NCBI GenBank assembly: GCA_965215265.1
Contig: OZ244048.1
Coordinates: 544,001-608,000 of the forward strand
Reading direction: 5' to 3'
Source: Candidatus Poribacteria bacterium
Lineage (GTDB): Bacteria; Poribacteria; WGA-4E; WGA-3G
Length of the DNA: 64,000 nucleotides
A program made the position numbers and the translations under genes. Within the stretch, counting starts at the first letter, position 1; every line of letters begins with the position of its first letter. Under the pieces are notes generated by a model, which saw nothing but the letters and a program-made list of their open reading frames with translations, was not told where the DNA came from and did no database searches. This document shows, piece after piece, positions 61,923 through 64,000 of the stretch.

Positions 61923-64000
61923 ATGAAAAAATTATTTTATGTTTTCTTCTACCTCTGCATTGGACTGCAAGCCAGTTTGCTTTCAGATGTCTACTCGAAA
62001 TCAGATAAAAACGTGGAAAGCGTAAAGGAATTGGAAGAAGTCGCTGTGACGGCGACGCGCGTTGCGAAAGAACCTTTCAAAACCCCAAACGCCATCTCGG
62101 TACTGACTTTAAAAGAATTGGAACGAACCAACGCCGATATTACGTCGAATTTGCTTCGCGATGTCGTCGGTGTGATTGCACAGCAGACAACAGTTGGGCA
62201 AGGCTCACCGATGCTCCGGAGCCTGACCGGCTACCAGACGTTGATACAAGTGGACTGGGTGCGTCTCAATAATTCGACGTTCCGTTCAGGACCAAACCAA
62301 TATACGGCAACGCTTGCACCGGAAACGTTAGAACGGGCAGAGGTGCTACTCGGCTCAAGTTCCATGTTATATGGAAGTGGGGCGATGGGTGGTGTTATCA
62401 GCGTCTTTACGAAATCGGTCCCGCTGAACCCAGAACAGCAGACGTGGGAGATACATCCACGCCTCCTCGCCCGCTACACGACTGCGACACAAGAACGACT
62501 CGGTAAATTAGAGTTAACGGGGAGCAAAGGACGATTCGGTTTTATTGCTGGCGGGGGCGTTCGGTTCTATGGCGATGTCAACCCGGGCAGCGGATACGAT
62601 CTCCACTACAAAAATCGGAAGTTTGAAATCGTGGACGAAAAACCGAGCGGCGTGAAACTTTTTGATAGTTTGCCGGAAACACCGCCTGAGAGATGGCTCA
62701 TTGACAATGAAGGTCCTTTGGGTTGGAAAGCCTATGATGCCGATGCAAAAATTGCCTACCAACTCAACGATACGAGTCGTATCAACGTTGCATACCAAAT
62801 GTGGCGACAACCGCAAACCCCACGCTATGATAAAATCGCCCCACGTGAGTTTGACGAATTCTATTTTGAACCGCAAAATCGGGACCTTGTCTACGCGAAC
62901 TATACGGTAAATCCGGTCAATAGCCGTATAGATTTATTCCGTCTCACCACCTCTTACCACCGCCAAAAAGAGGGACGCAACGAGGTAAAACTCGACGCGA
63001 CATCGCGGAGACATCGGTTTGATACGGTTAATACAGTCGGCTTAAGCGCACAAGCCGTGAGTAGCGTGCTCCCCCGACAACGTTTGGTAGCAGGTGGCGA
63101 ATTCTACCTTGACATGCTGCAGAGCCGCACTGTGAAAACAGATCTGGAAACCGGACAGGAGGATGTTGACGAAAATCTCGCACGATTTATCAACGGTTCG
63201 CAGTTCTGGGATACAAGTCTATTCCTTCAAGATGAAATTAGAGTTCACGAACGGGTCGAGTTGACACTCGGTGGCCGTGCGACTTTTTACCAGACAAACG
63301 CCGACCTTAGCTTGCGAGCACCGGATTTCGACGAATTCAATGAATTTGACAGCAGCTTGACAGGTAGTGGCGGGATTGTCGTCGGCTTAACAGATTCGTT
63401 GAACTTTGTGAGCAGTTTCGGAACCGCGTTCCGTGCACCATCTCTAAATGATACAACAGCAGTAGAGGTTACGAATGAGGGAGTTACGGCTCCTAGCCCG
63501 GATTTGGATGCCGAAACGTCCTGGACAATTGAGGGTGGCCTCAAGGCAAAACATTCCTATTTCAGTGGCACCTTAACGGTATTCCATAGCCGCGTCAACG
63601 GTCTAGTTACGCGTAAACCTGTTCAAGAAGCATACGCAGGGGAAGCACTGCCGCAACTCCATCAAGACTTAATCAAAGAATACGAAGGTATTGATGTCCT
63701 GGTGTTTGATAACGTCGATGAAGCACAGTTTCAAGGCGTTGAGTTAGCAGGGCTTATCACGCTTCTTCCGGGTTGGTCGGTTTACGGCAATGCGGCGTTG
63801 CTGCGCGGGACGGTCCTCAAACTGAACGGTAAAGCCCCAGATGCGAAAAAGCCGTGGGAGGCACGTACTCGTAGGGAACCACCATTGAATGGGGTTGTAG
63901 GCATCGAGTGGGAACCGTTGAATACGCAGTTCTGGGCAACTCTGTTTGTGCGAGGCGCAGCAGAGCAGAGACGACTGAATCGGAGCGACATCAGAGACCC
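61923..64000 (+). CDS. TonB-dependent receptor, 3'-truncated and missing from the ORF track
   Basis: AGGAG RBS; MKKLFYV signal peptide; EEVAVTATR TonB-box region; plug motifs GQGSP..R and SSMLYGSGAMGGVI; AFRAPSL. Confidence 0.9.
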   Translation, partial: MKKLFYVFFYLCIGLQASLLSDVYSKSDKNVESVKELEEVAVTATRVAKEPFKTPNAISVLTLKELERTNADITSNLLRDVVGVIAQQTTVGQGSPMLRSLTGYQTLIQVDWVRLNNSTFRSGPNQYTATLAPETLERAEVLLGSSSMLYGSGAMGGVISVFTKSVPLNPEQQTWEIHPRLLARYTTATQERLGKLELTGSKGRFGFIAGGGVRFYGDVNPGSGYDLHYKNRKFEIVDEKPSGVKLFDSLPETPPERWLIDNEGPLGWKAYDADAKIAYQLNDTSRINVAYQMWRQPQTPRYDKIAPREFDEFYFEPQNRDLVYANYTVNPVNSRIDLFRLTTSYHRQKEGRNEVKLDATSRRHRFDTVNTVGLSAQAVSSVLPRQRLVAGGEFYLDMLQSRTVKTDLETGQEDVDENLARFINGSQFWDTSLFLQDEIRVHERVELTLGGRATFYQTNADLSLRAPDFDEFNEFDSSLTGSGGIVVGLTDSLNFVSSFGTAFRAPSLNDTTAVEVTNEGVTAPSPDLDAETSWTIEGGLKAKHSYFSGTLTVFHSRVNGLVTRKPVQEAYAGEALPQLHQDLIKEYEGIDVLVFDNVDEAQFQGVELAGLITLLPGWSVYGNAALLRGTVLKLNGKAPDAKKPWEARTRREPPLNGVVGIEWEPLNTQFWATLFVRGAAEQRRLNRSDIRD

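Overview
Bacterial genomic window with many features typical of Candidatus Poribacteria (inference from ASPIC/UnbV-CRTAC1 proteins, PhyH dioxygenases, and LamG proteins ending in VEPxxKxxTTWxxxK). Housekeeping genes include dnaE, acnA, clpB, purN and a GTP-type PEPCK. Also present are three DNA methyltransferase/RM genes, TPR/vWA/ECF signalling genes, a UGSC-type selenoprotein read through an in-frame UGA, and a sigma-54-driven poly-Asp cytochrome c plus TonB receptor operon that runs off the window. The most striking unannotated structure is a set of at least five short non-autonomous repeat families, which I name A-E. Palindromic families A, C and D stack inside one another and sit in-frame inside intact ORFs (24 to 246 bp), adding peptides to proteins, and almost all clear A and D copies have the same orientation. 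MITE family E forms a 2.9-kb cassette with terminal inverted repeats and a 9-bp target duplication; it carries a decayed toxin-antitoxin pair and a Type III-like methyltransferase split by a G8 tract. No transposase, rRNA, tRNA or true CRISPR array was seen.
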